A stretch of DNA of 64,000 bases from Haliotis rufescens (Eukaryota), in the NCBI RefSeq assembly GCF_023055435.1, contig NW_025964223.1:42098001-42162000 (forward strand). The letters run 5' to 3'. The notes under the pieces are model-generated. The model searched no databases, was not told the DNA's origin, and was given only the letters and a program-made list of their open reading frames with translations. The position numbers were made by a program, and so were the translations under genes. Shown here in pieces: positions 48,690-61,227 of this stretch (the first letter of the stretch is position 1; every line of letters begins with the position of its first letter).

Positions 48690-48968
48690 GGGGGCACGGG
48701 TGGCCCAGTTGTCTAAGGCGCCGCGATTCGCTGTGCAGAGTTGCGTCCCTTGGGCACGCCAGAAACCTATGATTGTGGGTTCGAATCCCGGTTCGCCCCG
48801 ATTATGTTTCTTGGTTTGTCAGCACCATACCCGTGCTCGTAGGTTTCACCGGAGAGGTCAACGTCTGGGACCTGCATCACTTCGGGTTTTCCTCCCACAT
48901 TAAGCTGACACGCCGTGATATAACTTGAATAATGTTAAAAGCGGCGTTAAACCCAACTCACTCACTCA
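48690..48968 (+). mobile_element. SINE family A
   Basis: Full length. Confidence 0.9.
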
Positions 48969-49272
48969 CCAGATAAAAGCAAGATATCTTAAACATACTT
49001 ATTTGATTTTTAAATCCCGAGCTATATGTTATTACGAACAGGTCGGACACCTGCACATGCGATACGAAATATTTTAACCAGAGGTGTGACGCTGTTTTAA
49101 TCGAAATCATCAATTTACTTTGAGAAACGTAACGTAAAAATTTACTATTTATTATTTTAATCACAAATATGACTTATTTTTATGTAAATGTTCACGTGAC
49201 CTGGAATTGCACTCTGTGTCTACTAATTGACTTGGATTCTCCTTCAGAAGGTGTATATATGATCATGAGGCA

Positions 49273-49593
49273 AGGTGAGGTGAGGTGAAATGGGATTTAA
49301 TGTCGCGTTCAAGATTATTGCACTTTTATAGCTACTATGTGGCTACTTGTACCAGCCCGAACCCAAGCCGGTTTTATAGTGCTAGCCCATTGAGACACCA
49401 TGCCGCGGTTTAACATGGATACCCAACTCAGCCACGGTATATAGACTTGTTTTATCCACTCAATGCCTAGCACCAGGCAAGGTAACAACAAGTACCATCT
49501 TTAACGTCTTTTTGGTATGACCCGGCCAGGGGATCGAACCCCGACCTCACGCCCCCCTGGCAGACGCTCTATCCACTAGAGCATGGAGGTGGT
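49273..49593 (-). mobile_element. SINE family D, diverged
   Basis: Same core and tail. Confidence 0.8.
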
Positions 49594-49685
49594 TCATGTA
49601 TATATGAATGTACTCGTGGGGGTAGGGTGTGTTGTGTGACTGGTGGGCATATTGAACATGCCTCGTGGTAGTCAATATCTGGCCT

Positions 49686-49977
49686 GTGAGTGAGTGAGTG
49701 AGTGAGTGAGTTGGGTTTACCGCCGCTTTTAACAGTATTCCAGTTATATCGCGGCTTGTCAGCTTAATGTGGGAGGAAAGCCCGAAGTGATGCAGGTCTT
49801 AGACGTTTACCACTTTGGTGAAACCCACGAGCACGGGTATGGTGCTGACAAACCTAGAAACATAATCGGGGCGAACCGGGATTCGAATCCACAATCTTAG
49901 GTTTCTGGCGTGCCCAAGGGACGCAACTCTGCACAGCGAATCGCGGCGCCTTAGACGACTGGGCCACCCGTGCCCCC
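49686..49977 (-). mobile_element. SINE family A, full length with 12-bp TSD
   Basis: TSD TCTGGCCTGTGA at 49678-49689 and 49979-49990. Confidence 0.92.
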
Positions 49978-50753
49978 TTCTGGCCTGTGACCTTATGCTT
50001 TACGTCCGCTTTGTATATAACACCTATAGCAACGCGTTGCCACAAGCCCTTGTGGCCAGGCAAATTCGATGATACCAAATGTGCTATGTAATATGGGTGT
50101 TTTATCGAGTGGCCTGACGACCGGTTGAGTAATTCTGTGTAGATTTGCGTCTATTAGTTACCGAATCCGATAATCGTGGGTTCGAATCCCAGATTCGTCC
50201 TGAGTATGATTCTGCTTAGTCAGCACCCTTGCCTCACCAGCAAAAGGGTAAACGTCTAGTACCTGTATCACTTTGTGAGTTTTCAAATCACATAATGCGG
50301 ACACACCGCGATATTACTGAAGTGTTGTTCACTCACTCACTATGGGCTAGGCTAACTATACCAGTTGAATACCCGACAACTATATCCAAATATATATTTT
50401 TCCCGATTATTATAGGAGTTTTATCAACGTTTATCATTTTGGTTTGATATGTCTGAGTATATGTGAGTACGCGAGTGAAAGCTTGGGAGTGTGAATCACC
50501 TTTATACAACAATGTTTGTCATTTATTTGTTGATATATATTTCATGTTTTACAGTTTATGATAAAGCACAAGGTATATTGTAATTCGGTATCTATCAACT
50601 TAATACATGATTTACCACTAGAAACTGACAAAATGTTTAGCGCTCTTATCTTTGTCTTAACAATGCTACCTTGACCATAGTCTGAAATCAATGATCTATG
50701 CACCTATTTAACTTCCTTTGCCTATCAGTTTGATGTGAAAGGTACAAACACAT

Positions 50754-51025
50754 AGTGAGTGAGTGAATTTGGTTTAATGCCGCTTTTAACAGTATTCCAG
50801 TTATATCGCGGCTTGTCAGCTTAATGTGGGAGGAAAGCCCGAGGTGATGCAGGTCTTAGACGTTTACCACTTCGGTGAAACCCACGAGCACGGGTATGGT
50901 ACTGACAAACCTAGAAACATAATCGGGTCGAACCGGGATTCGAACCCACAATCCTAGGTTTCTGGCGTGCCTTACTCTGCACAACGAATCGCGGCGCTTT
51001 AGACGACTGGGCCACCCGTGCCCCC
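50754..51025 (-). mobile_element. SINE family A
   Basis: Near full length. Confidence 0.88.
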
Positions 51026-51654
51026 TGAAAGCTTGGGAACTTATATCCGTCATGGTCGTCAACATTCCTACTGCACTATGGCCTATGGACAATCTAGGCT
51101 TCGTCAGGTTTCTTAGGGTTACAAGGGCAACGATTCACACTGTCGAGACACCATGATACACAATCTACCAGGTTACTCAACGTAATCACTTGTTATCTAA
51201 CGACAACCAATGGGGGTTACTGGAGGCATATTCTGCCACATTGGGGATTAATATTTGCAGATACACTGTGCATGCCGTATAATGTATTAGTAACAAGCAG
51301 AATATGTGAACTGTGATTGACTAAAGCCTTTCGTGACGTGAGACAAATATGGGTGTGCTTCAACGTATGTGCATACAGACACTTGGTCAGAGTCAAGAGT
51401 GGTTCTACTGCATATTTCTTTGCAGCTGTTGTGTCAACAAAATAAGTGTCAGGAACAAGCTCAGTGATTATATGTAGGTGTAGCAGATTGAAAAATATAT
51501 TGATTTACCACTTTGATAATATTTCGTGCAGAGACATATGCTACTGCGTTATCGTGCGCATAGGCTTTGGTAAATACCCGAGGGCACTGTATCAGTGGAA
51601 TGCGTTACAAATCTCAAACCCACTACCTACCACTACCACTACTACCTGTACAAC

Positions 51655-51827
51655 CTCAGATCTTTACCACTTCGGTTATATCGCGGCGTGTCAGCTTAAT
51701 GTGGGAGGAAAGCCCGAAGTGATGCAGGTCTCAGACATTTACCATCATAGGTTTCTGGCGTGCCCAAGGGATGCAACTCTGCACAGCTAATCGCGGCGCC
51801 TTAGACGACTGGGCCGTCCGTGCCCCC
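51655..51827 (-). mobile_element. SINE family A, rearranged and deleted
   Basis: Head and tail segments joined; the B-box segment is missing. Confidence 0.75.
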
Positions 51828-51902
51828 TATCACTGTATGAGAAAGAGCATACACGAGAAAACATCATACAACATAAAACATCAAGACTATGTCACAACAT
51901 CA

Positions 51903-52063
51903 GGGGGCGGTGGGTAGCCTAGTGGTTAAAGCGTTCGCTCGTCATGCCGAAGACCCGGGTTCAATTCACCACATGGGTACAATGTGTAAAGCCCATTTCT
52001 GGTGTCCCCCGCTGTGATATTGCTTGAATATTGCTAAAAGTGGCGTAAAACCAAACTCACTCA
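51903..52063 (+). mobile_element. SINE family C
   Basis: Full length; ACATCAG on both flanks. Confidence 0.85.
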
Positions 52064-53051
52064 CTACATCAGAGAGCACATGTCATTACACCAGAAAGCA
52101 CAATATACTTTACCAGAGTGTTACTATATTCACACAAGACAAATATGCACACTTTGGGAAACTACAGTTCAGTTCAAATAGGGTCATTCGGACGTAACAT
52201 GCACTTTACTATTCCTTTAAAACACCAACCGCACAAAATGCACCATAATGTCCTTCTAAACTTCTAAGGGCCGCTGACACAGTGATCACGGTAGCCCTTG
52301 TATCCTGACATCCCGACAATGTTAATGTACACTCATGTCAACACGTTGTATCGTGGTGTACCGTGATCCCTGATAAGCTGTTGACAGCATACAGGCGAAG
52401 GCTGAGGGTCTGCAGATGCCTCCTTCTCACCGATACAACATATCTCTCACGCCACAGAGGGGAGGAAAGACTTTTATCAAAGCATATCATAAACCATCAT
52501 AAAAGCGTCATATTATGCGATAAGCATTTAAGATTGTCCCTTAATAATCCCCATAAATCGGTAATGGCTGGTGACAGAAGCTTATTTATAGAAAAATATT
52601 TGCCGATAGTCAACATCTTGTCCTACCTTGTTATCAATGACTGCTTCAGACTGTAATAAAATCTGGCTAATTTGATAGCAATTCTCCGATTATCAAGCAC
52701 TTGACTTGACGCTGCCAGGCCCTTGGGAAAGGTAGCGACATATCATTTTGTTGGCTTCCTGCAAGCGACCTTTGACTTTGGACTTGAAATACCAACACAG
52801 GTAAGCAATACAGTAGGAAACTTAAAGCCCCTCTTAAAATATCAAGTGCTCCGATAAAGAAGGTATAAAGGGCACGGAATACACTTGTTCCTACACTAGT
52901 GGCGTGTCACTTCAGACAAAATGTTCATCTTGCTGTGATTGTTACCACGACGGTGATATAAGATGTTGGACTTCATGTGTCTGCCTTAACAAGAACTGTG
53001 TCGCGGTGAATTTCATTGAATTTGTTTTCATGGATTAAGCAACAAATAACT

Positions 53052-54449
53052 ATGTCCAAAATAACGCCAAAGGGTGTTAAAGTATTCACCGACGGGGAAG
53101 TGTTAGCAAGGGCAAAAAATCGCCACGAGGAAAGAACTCTTAATCTTCATCTGAAACATCTTCAAGAAAAACACCACGTTCTTGAGGACTCATTGAAAAA
53201 GGAAAAGCAGTATCTTCTGGAAATCAGACGAAACAGTTTTAAAACATCCGGTAGAAGTCCACTTGTTGAGGATCTTTATTGTCAGGGAAACGTATCAATG
53301 TCTAAATCCCATCAAGTCCTGTCGATGCATTTCCGAAAACCCTGGGCTTTCACGTTTGCTGAGACATCCTACAACGCCGTGTATAACGATACATTTGACC
53401 CTTATATGTATCGTCGACCAAGTGTTCGGGATTCCAGCCCTATTTTGCCAAGGGTTGGCTGTAAGTCTGCACCAGCTGGACCTAGGCAAGGAGGCAAGTG
53501 TCCCAACGTGTGCCGCCCAGTGACCTCCTTCAACCACAGAAACAATATAACCTCTCCAGAGCAGAAACACCATGCTTTTCATTTACAAACAGAGCATGTA
53601 AAGGATGGTCCTTCCCAATGTGCAGACAGAAAGGAAGATGGAACAGATGTAGTACAATACGGAACTCAACGACCACATTCAGCTGTAAGGAAAAACACAC
53701 ATGATGGCGGTTCAGTTATGAGAAAGAATAGGAAACAAAGATCACTTTCAGTGGCAAGGACAACACGAGGTGGCGGTGCAGTTCAAATGCTGCCTGAGAA
53801 ACAGAGATCACACTCAGTTGCAGGAATGGAATATCGTGCTAATCCGCTCTCCGGGTTTGATGAAGTAGACTTCAACAACCAAACTGTTTGTTCCTTGTAT
53901 TCAGCATCTGCCTTACTTGAAAAGGCAGTTCCTTTAACAGCTGTTAAGTCGACCATAGAACAGGTAAACAGTAATCAAACGAGCAATCAAAGTAAAAATG
54001 ACTTTCAGGATTCAAAGAAAGTTCCTGTCGACGTAAGTTCAAATTCCGATTCCGCAAGAGGTCTTAACGAAGGTGTGACTATGTGTGATGAGGATGTGGA
54101 TCCCTCAGTTGATACCTCTAAAGATGACAAGAGCTACATACTATTTAAAGGAAAGAGGATTCACAACTACGTCAGGCCTCAGGATCGATATCGACATGAC
54201 CCTTTTAAGGAAGTCCGACGGGAAAGTTTAGTTAGAAAGGTTTCAATAGAAAATCCTGTATTTCTAAATGGGTGCCGAGAAACAAATTTCAATTTTGGAT
54301 CGAATTTTCCAAAATCGGCACGTGACCGCGCTCTTCGACAATTGGTGGAGACAAATACTATAACAGCTGCTGAACGTAGAAGACAGGTTTTTAATAATGC
54401 TTCATTGCAGCGGCGAGTAGAAGACTTCTGTCAATCGAAGGAAGTATAG
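53052..54449 (+). CDS. Uncharacterised single-ORF protein (465 aa), N-terminal coiled-coil; orphan family member C
   Basis: Intact long ORF from ATG 53052; motifs VFTDGEVLARAKNRHEERTL and LQRRVEDF. Confidence 0.8.
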   Translation: MSKITPKGVKVFTDGEVLARAKNRHEERTLNLHLKHLQEKHHVLEDSLKKEKQYLLEIRRNSFKTSGRSPLVEDLYCQGNVSMSKSHQVLSMHFRKPWAFTFAETSYNAVYNDTFDPYMYRRPSVRDSSPILPRVGCKSAPAGPRQGGKCPNVCRPVTSFNHRNNITSPEQKHHAFHLQTEHVKDGPSQCADRKEDGTDVVQYGTQRPHSAVRKNTHDGGSVMRKNRKQRSLSVARTTRGGGAVQMLPEKQRSHSVAGMEYRANPLSGFDEVDFNNQTVCSLYSASALLEKAVPLTAVKSTIEQVNSNQTSNQSKNDFQDSKKVPVDVSSNSDSARGLNEGVTMCDEDVDPSVDTSKDDKSYILFKGKRIHNYVRPQDRYRHDPFKEVRRESLVRKVSIENPVFLNGCRETNFNFGSNFPKSARDRALRQLVETNTITAAERRRQVFNNASLQRRVEDFCQSKEV

Positions 54450-54819
54450 ATTATGTATATGGTATTTACGCACATTTCCTTGCTTAAAATGTACTTGGCT
54501 GCACGAACCAGTAGATTTGCAATAGTGCTAACCCTCAAACAGTTGAATGTATTGTATACCGTGAAATCCTGTTATTCGCCCGGATTAATTACTATTGTTA
54601 CGTAATGCCATGTGTTATGTGTAGATGTTCCTTATCGTCTTCAATCCCGAAAGCAGGGAACAGACTGATGTGGTTCCACTGTACATTAGGTGTTGACTGT
54701 GCAAGGTAATGTTACTTTTTTAGGAAATGTTTATCTGAATTGCTACAATGTCCGCACTTATGGCAAACAAATGTGTGACTGTGTGCATACATACACACAC
54801 TCACGCACGTGCGCTTGCA

Positions 54820-54821
<2 letters not shown>

Positions 54822-54887
<66 letters not shown>
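54822..54887. repeat. (CA)n microsatellite
   Basis: Direct reading. Confidence 0.97.
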
Positions 54888-54893
<6 letters not shown>

Positions 54894-57800
54894 TACATAC
54901 ATCATACATTCGTTTGAAGTAATATACTATTCCGTCACTATAATACTGAATGTATACAGAAGACTGAATCATAAACAGATTATTGCATCCCTCGCATCGT
55001 TTGTTATTGCACGTAACTGTTTGTATGATTGCTGGAAGTTTGTTAGAAACACGCTCAATCATTCATTCGGTCCCAGTATTGATGTCATTTTTTAGCTGCT
55101 TGTAGGACATGTTTCCTATGATTACTTAATTCATGTTCCCGCACCGAAAAGAAATTCTATGCTTCTGTTGCAAAAGTAAATTTCTTGTCTGGACACATGA
55201 ATATATGTCCGATATGGTAAGAGGACAGTTGCTAAGAACCCAGTTTACCCAGACCCAAATATAGCGTGACGTCGACCTTTACTTGTGGCGAGTACTACTA
55301 TGACGGCAGAAATATTCCACAAAAACCTGGGCTGTGGATTAATGATAGTTGAAAAATGTTAGGTCTATGGATTGTCACTTCCATTTAGTTTTGACTTTTT
55401 TAATTAAATGAGACAACGATCATTCTTGAAACGTTGAAGTTTTGCATGAATAAGCTAATTTACACTCATACTTCAGAAAACACATATTTGCAAAGTTTAC
55501 AACAATCATACAGATACGTATCAATCACTACATTCCAGTTTACTTATTTTATCCCTTTCGCTGTCTCTGGAATACACCAGACAGAGCAATGTTTTAAACC
55601 ACAGTGAACACTTTTCTATGTTAATCGAATCTGGCTAAATTTGTCATTAATCACCAACAGCGGAGGGGATGATGTAAATCCGGCTGGGGTCCATGCAGGT
55701 AGCAAAAGTACTGTAAGTCCCCATGAACCCTTGCATGGTGATCTACCTTCAGCCACTGGCAATGTATAACCCTTTTTTATATAGTACCGTTACTTATAGT
55801 GATATCTTTTTATGGTTTTATGCTAGTTTCAAATATTAATCTGTGATATTCTAGTAATTTTACTGTCCATCGAAGACAGGTTTTTATTTAGTTTGAATAT
55901 ATGCATTAAAAATGTATAACGTCTCGTCACGATACGGCTGAAATATTGCCGATGTGACTTAAAGCATTAACTCACTCACTCACTATCTTAATCGTGTCAG
56001 CTTTTAAATAATCTAATTCGATCCCAGCAAACTAGAGGTTGATTGATTTCACATAATCAGCCGTATCACACATACGACCTTTATTGGTTAGCTCTTACGA
56101 AGCGAATTTGTATATTTGAAATATTCCAACCGGAATCACTTTAGGCTCTATACATGTAGATTGCTCCAAAGTAAAATCATGGTTCATCTGTTGCACACTC
56201 AGTCTTACCTACCCAGGAGTGACAACTTACATTAATCTAGAGCTTATTTCATATCAAATTATGAATTCAACGCCTCAGTCAATAAAATACTATCATAAAA
56301 CCCACATGATTTTCACTGAATAGTTGAACTTGTAATTGCTTGCAACTTAATTACTGCTCATTGCTCTAGAGTAAGTACCCTTTCAACATGGATGTCAGAA
56401 TGTCCAAAGTGAGCTACATGGCCGTAGTTTAGTAGACTGAATTGCAAGCAAATATTTTCTTGCAAAGCTCTATTTCCCCTTTTTCGCAAAAATACCCACT
56501 TTATTTATAAAACATCATTTATAGCTGTAGACATATACATGTATCATTTGTCAGTTGGTGGGGCTGTTGGGTAGCCAGGTTGCTTTGTTTGTTGTTTAAC
56601 GCCGCACTCAGCAATATTCCAGCTATATGACAGCGGTCTATAAATAATCGCGTCTGGACCAGACAATCCAGTGATTGACATCACGAGCATCGATCCACGC
56701 AATTCGGATACGATGACATGGGATCTATGTGTGACGGCTATTTGCAGTTTCCCCCCCCCCTTCCGTCATATTTCTGGAATGTTGCAAAAAGCGGCGTAAA
56801 ATCATAGTCACTCATTCTTCCGTTGGCAACAAAGCCCTTGCTATAATCACAAGAAATTCCTAAAAAACTGTGTCGACTGTAAAGCAATCGCATGTATGTG
56901 TCGAAATTTAGAGGAAACATCCAAGACCACTGAACCTTGTTTTCTATGCGCATCAGTCTGAGACTTTTATTCCAACAAGACCATACAACGTTCTATACTA
57001 GAACGTGTACAACCACACCGTCATTTGATTCACACTTTCGAATTTGGATTTTACCATTATTTATCAAAAGCATCGAGGCCCAGATTCGTTCTGATTATTT
57101 TTCTAAGTTCGCCAAACAGATACAAATCTAAAACTTGCATCACTTCGGGCTTGCCTCCTCGGTGATTTAACTGAAATACTGTTCAAAGAGGCATTAAACC
57201 AAATTTGTTTCTTTTTTATCATTGAAAGCTTAGATTTCATTGGAGTATTTTATAAATTTTTCCACCCCAAAGCGAGGAATATACCAATGCTAATTAAATT
57301 CGTGGGGGTAGTAAAAAAACAGGGACTATATGCGTTCCGTACACATAATCTTTAGCGAAATGCTATCGTTTACCTCGTACGTATCTATATCCAAATCTAA
57401 ACTATTGCATACCTACGTATTCAGTGCAAGCTGTTTAAGAGCGTATAAATCCTTAGAGACAAATTAATTAATTCAGTTGACAACAGTAAGAAACAGATTG
57501 ACAGATTTCAATCTGAAATCATAAATAAATCCAAACTGGCGCACCTTAAAACAACCAAAGTTCCTGTAGCATTTCAAAGCTATTTTATCCGTGCATGTAA
57601 AACAAATGTGTTAGTGTGTAGATCACAAGGCGCGCACGTTTAGAAACATGTCAATATTGACATGCCAGGTGTTTTGGCAAATAATTGTACCGCTACCTGT
57701 CTATTTCTCTATATGTTCATGTATAAAGTCCTGTGTGGTAGTTTATGATCGTTTATATTGAGATCATACGACTTTTCTAACCCGTTTTATGGATGAATTT

Positions 57801-59155
57801 GATTGAATTATATGTACGTATGTTCTACAAATGTAGGTGTAAATGCTCATTTGGTGTTTTATTGCATCATGATAGCCTAATCAAACAAGCTCAGCGCATT
57901 TATTGCCTGACTACCCATTAAAGGCCATAGGGACAACACTTATCTTTCAACAAGAAATAAAGTAAACGACAAATGATTTACGTTGATGAGATGACGTGTC
58001 AGTATTCATATGAATCATTTATTTGTCATTCGTTGCAGTTTATTGTCTATTAATCTAATGATATTACTGACAGTATGTTTGAAATGGATTTTAACGAACA
58101 GTTTCAGCTCAAATAATAGCTTATATCTGTTTCTTTATTTCTAAGTGCTGCATCCAGCAAGACTCCAGCTATATGGCGACAACCTGTGAATTTGGAGTCT
58201 GGACCAGACAATTTATATGTTGAGCAACGATACACGCCGTCGGTTACGATGACACGCAATCAATAAAATCACAAAATATATATATTTGTTTTGGGGGGTG
58301 TCCAATTTTAACCCGGATTTCTCATGGGGGTATCATATGGTAGAAGACCAGAATGTCCTTCACAGTGCTGCGTCGTCCATCCTATCCGCCGTTCTCGGAT
58401 AAATGACTTCAACAGCTATCAATTGATTTTGACCAAATTTGGTCGATAGATAGCCAAATAGATGAGCCCGCTCCAATCGGTCAATAATGAGTAGTTCATA
58501 GATCACATGATCATTCGTGAATGGTTGTGGTTCCCTTTCTACTGCTACGACAAAATTTATACAAATGGAATTGTACAGAATGTATGATAGTTTAAAGTCA
58601 GTCATACAAAACAGGTTATATGTTTGATAATTACCAAATCAAATCGGCCCATGATTACTGGACAAGACTACATAAACATAAGAGAGATTCCGTTCGCAGA
58701 TATTGAAAGTGTGTATTCGAATTTGAGTAGTATATAGTCCCTCATACAAAACAATCAAGGTCCACAAAAACCAACAATGATAACGAAAGGTCACATGACA
58801 ATATCCATTAATGGACAATTCCTTCGGACGACATCATATTGCAACACGCTAATGACTGGTGATGGGAGATATTGATGAGATTTTGTTGTAACCATGTTCA
58901 ATTTGTAGAGACATCATATTTAAGGGCGGGCGAAATACAAAAGACAGGTAAACTAGTCAATGCCGAATACAAACATGCAGTTGAGTACGAATCTAAAATG
59001 ATCTCTCTTTTATTGTGTTGCTGTGTTTACTGCATTAATAAAGTAATTCATATTTCGACCATAACATCAATGAAGATATTGTTAAGTGACTAACATGAAG
59101 CGACGAATATTTTGCAAAAACAGAAATAATCTATTTACAGAAATGTTTGCAAATT

Positions 59156-59423
59156 GTTTTTGTTTGGTTTGTTGTTTAACGCCACAATCAGCAATATTCC
59201 AGCTATATGACGTCTGTCTGTAAATAATCGAGTCTGGACCAGACAATCCAGTGATTGACATCATGAGCATCGATCCACGCAATTGGGATACGCCGACATG
59301 TATCAACCAAGTCAGCGAGCCTGACCACCCGATCCCGTTCGTCGCCTCTTACGACATCCATATCGGCCTTTTACGGCAAGCATGGGTTGATGGAGACCTA
59401 TTCTACCCCGGATCTTCACGGGT
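59156..59423 (-). mobile_element. Retroposon family B
   Basis: Near full length. Confidence 0.85.
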
Positions 59424-61227
59424 TGTATGTATAATGTGTGAGATGGCCTTGCAAAGACGTCATTAATTATGGCCCATCAAAACATACAGCACACATTCTA
59501 AACACATATGTGTGAGAACGAATTACAGGTCCGTGATAGGCAACTCCATGGTGATGACCTGAGGTCAGATTATGACGGACTGATTGTAATTCATTTATAC
59601 GTTTCTCGAATTCACCTTGAAATCTATGGTTTTAGAGAGTTGATAAATGTTCATTGATCCTATCGATTTTACTTTATCATCTTCGCCTTGACAATCCACA
59701 GAAATAGCTGATACGTTTGTTGTGGAGGGTCACACTAGGTATGAGTAGCCGTAACAGTAAGTCGGGTGACGTCACGCATGACCTTTGTGTAACGTATTGA
59801 TGCGCCACTGCTGAAACATACATAAAATTGTGTGTGTTAGGGTGTGTAAGAAATAGATTACTGCATTCGTGCCTGTCATGTAACGTTTATCTTACAAATC
59901 GTTGTTTCAATACGTATCGACGTAGATATGTTTGGAGTGAGTGAGTGAGTGAGTATGGTTTTATGCCGCTTTTTAGCAATATTCCAGCAATCTCACAGCG
60001 GGACACCAGAAATGGGCTTCGCACATTGTACCCAAGATATGTTTGGAGACAACTCGCTGTTAGATAAATGGTATATGACAGACACTTATGTAGCAATCTC
60101 TATGTATCAGATCTGCCTTGTTTATGGATGTATTTAACATAGTGAATGTTGTTTATATGGTGAATCGGGAGAAAAAAAAATAAAATGGCCTGTTGATGCA
60201 AAAAAATGACCTTTACGTTGTTTGCATTTCTTTCTCGTGCGCACCAATCATTATGCGTAAAGTTATCATTCTTGTTGATGCTCGTATTGTGCACCGGTGA
60301 TATATTGTAAAATTGCTCCTTTGGATTTCTGTATTCAATTCTTTTACAACGATGTTTCTAATCAAAACGTGTTGTATATATTAGCTATATTGACACAATT
60401 GTGCGCATGTATATGTCCACGTACTTTTCACTAAAAGGCAACCAACATTTTACAATCAGTTTGTGAATGTGCCATTCACAAGGAACATAATGAACTACCA
60501 AAATATCGCCCGTTAATTCGGTTACATTTCACAAACTGATTTGATGGCCAGCTGAGGACCTTTCACACGGTGAGTGTCCCGATTCCCTGTTATCATAGGC
60601 CTTATAAATGCGTTTCTTATTTGCTTTTCTATTTTTTTGTATTTGATGCGTTTGATTATTGGTGTATTCAATGTGCTAGTGCACTCGTTATACAGTAAGT
60701 GTGTTTATGCAAACATTACCAAACTGTGTACCAAGTTGTTTATATGGGCGACACACACCATGACCTTGTTCAACACGGAAGTTCACCCGCATTGCTCCTG
60801 CACGCGGCAACATGAAGTGGTGAACAGATAAAGTACTGTCGGAAATGTTAGAAGAAATGCTTTTCTGGATTCATTTAATAAATACGAATCATTGGGCTAT
60901 GGAAATAGCATATATCAAAATAACGTAAATCTACCTAATCTAGCATGTCCTAACTGACACTGTGATTGGCCTACAGGGGTACTTTTGCATGTAAAATGAT
61001 GATGAGCTTCTGACAGGTGCAAATGTCACCTGAGTTGGGGGTGCTCTGAAAATATTGCTGTTATTATACTTTATTGAGATATGTGTTGACGGGGTTACCA
61101 AGTAAGATTGTACTGCATTATATTTGCGTGGACAAAATGATGGAATAGTTAACATCTATGAAACGGGATGAGTATTGGAAGGTTGTTTTTCTTAATAGGT
61201 AAGTATGTGTTGTTCTACAGATGATTT

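Noticed and set aside
54690-55095. His-Thr and Val-Cys repeat ORFs (also 63444-63645)
   Set aside because: Translations of (CA)n-type microsatellites.
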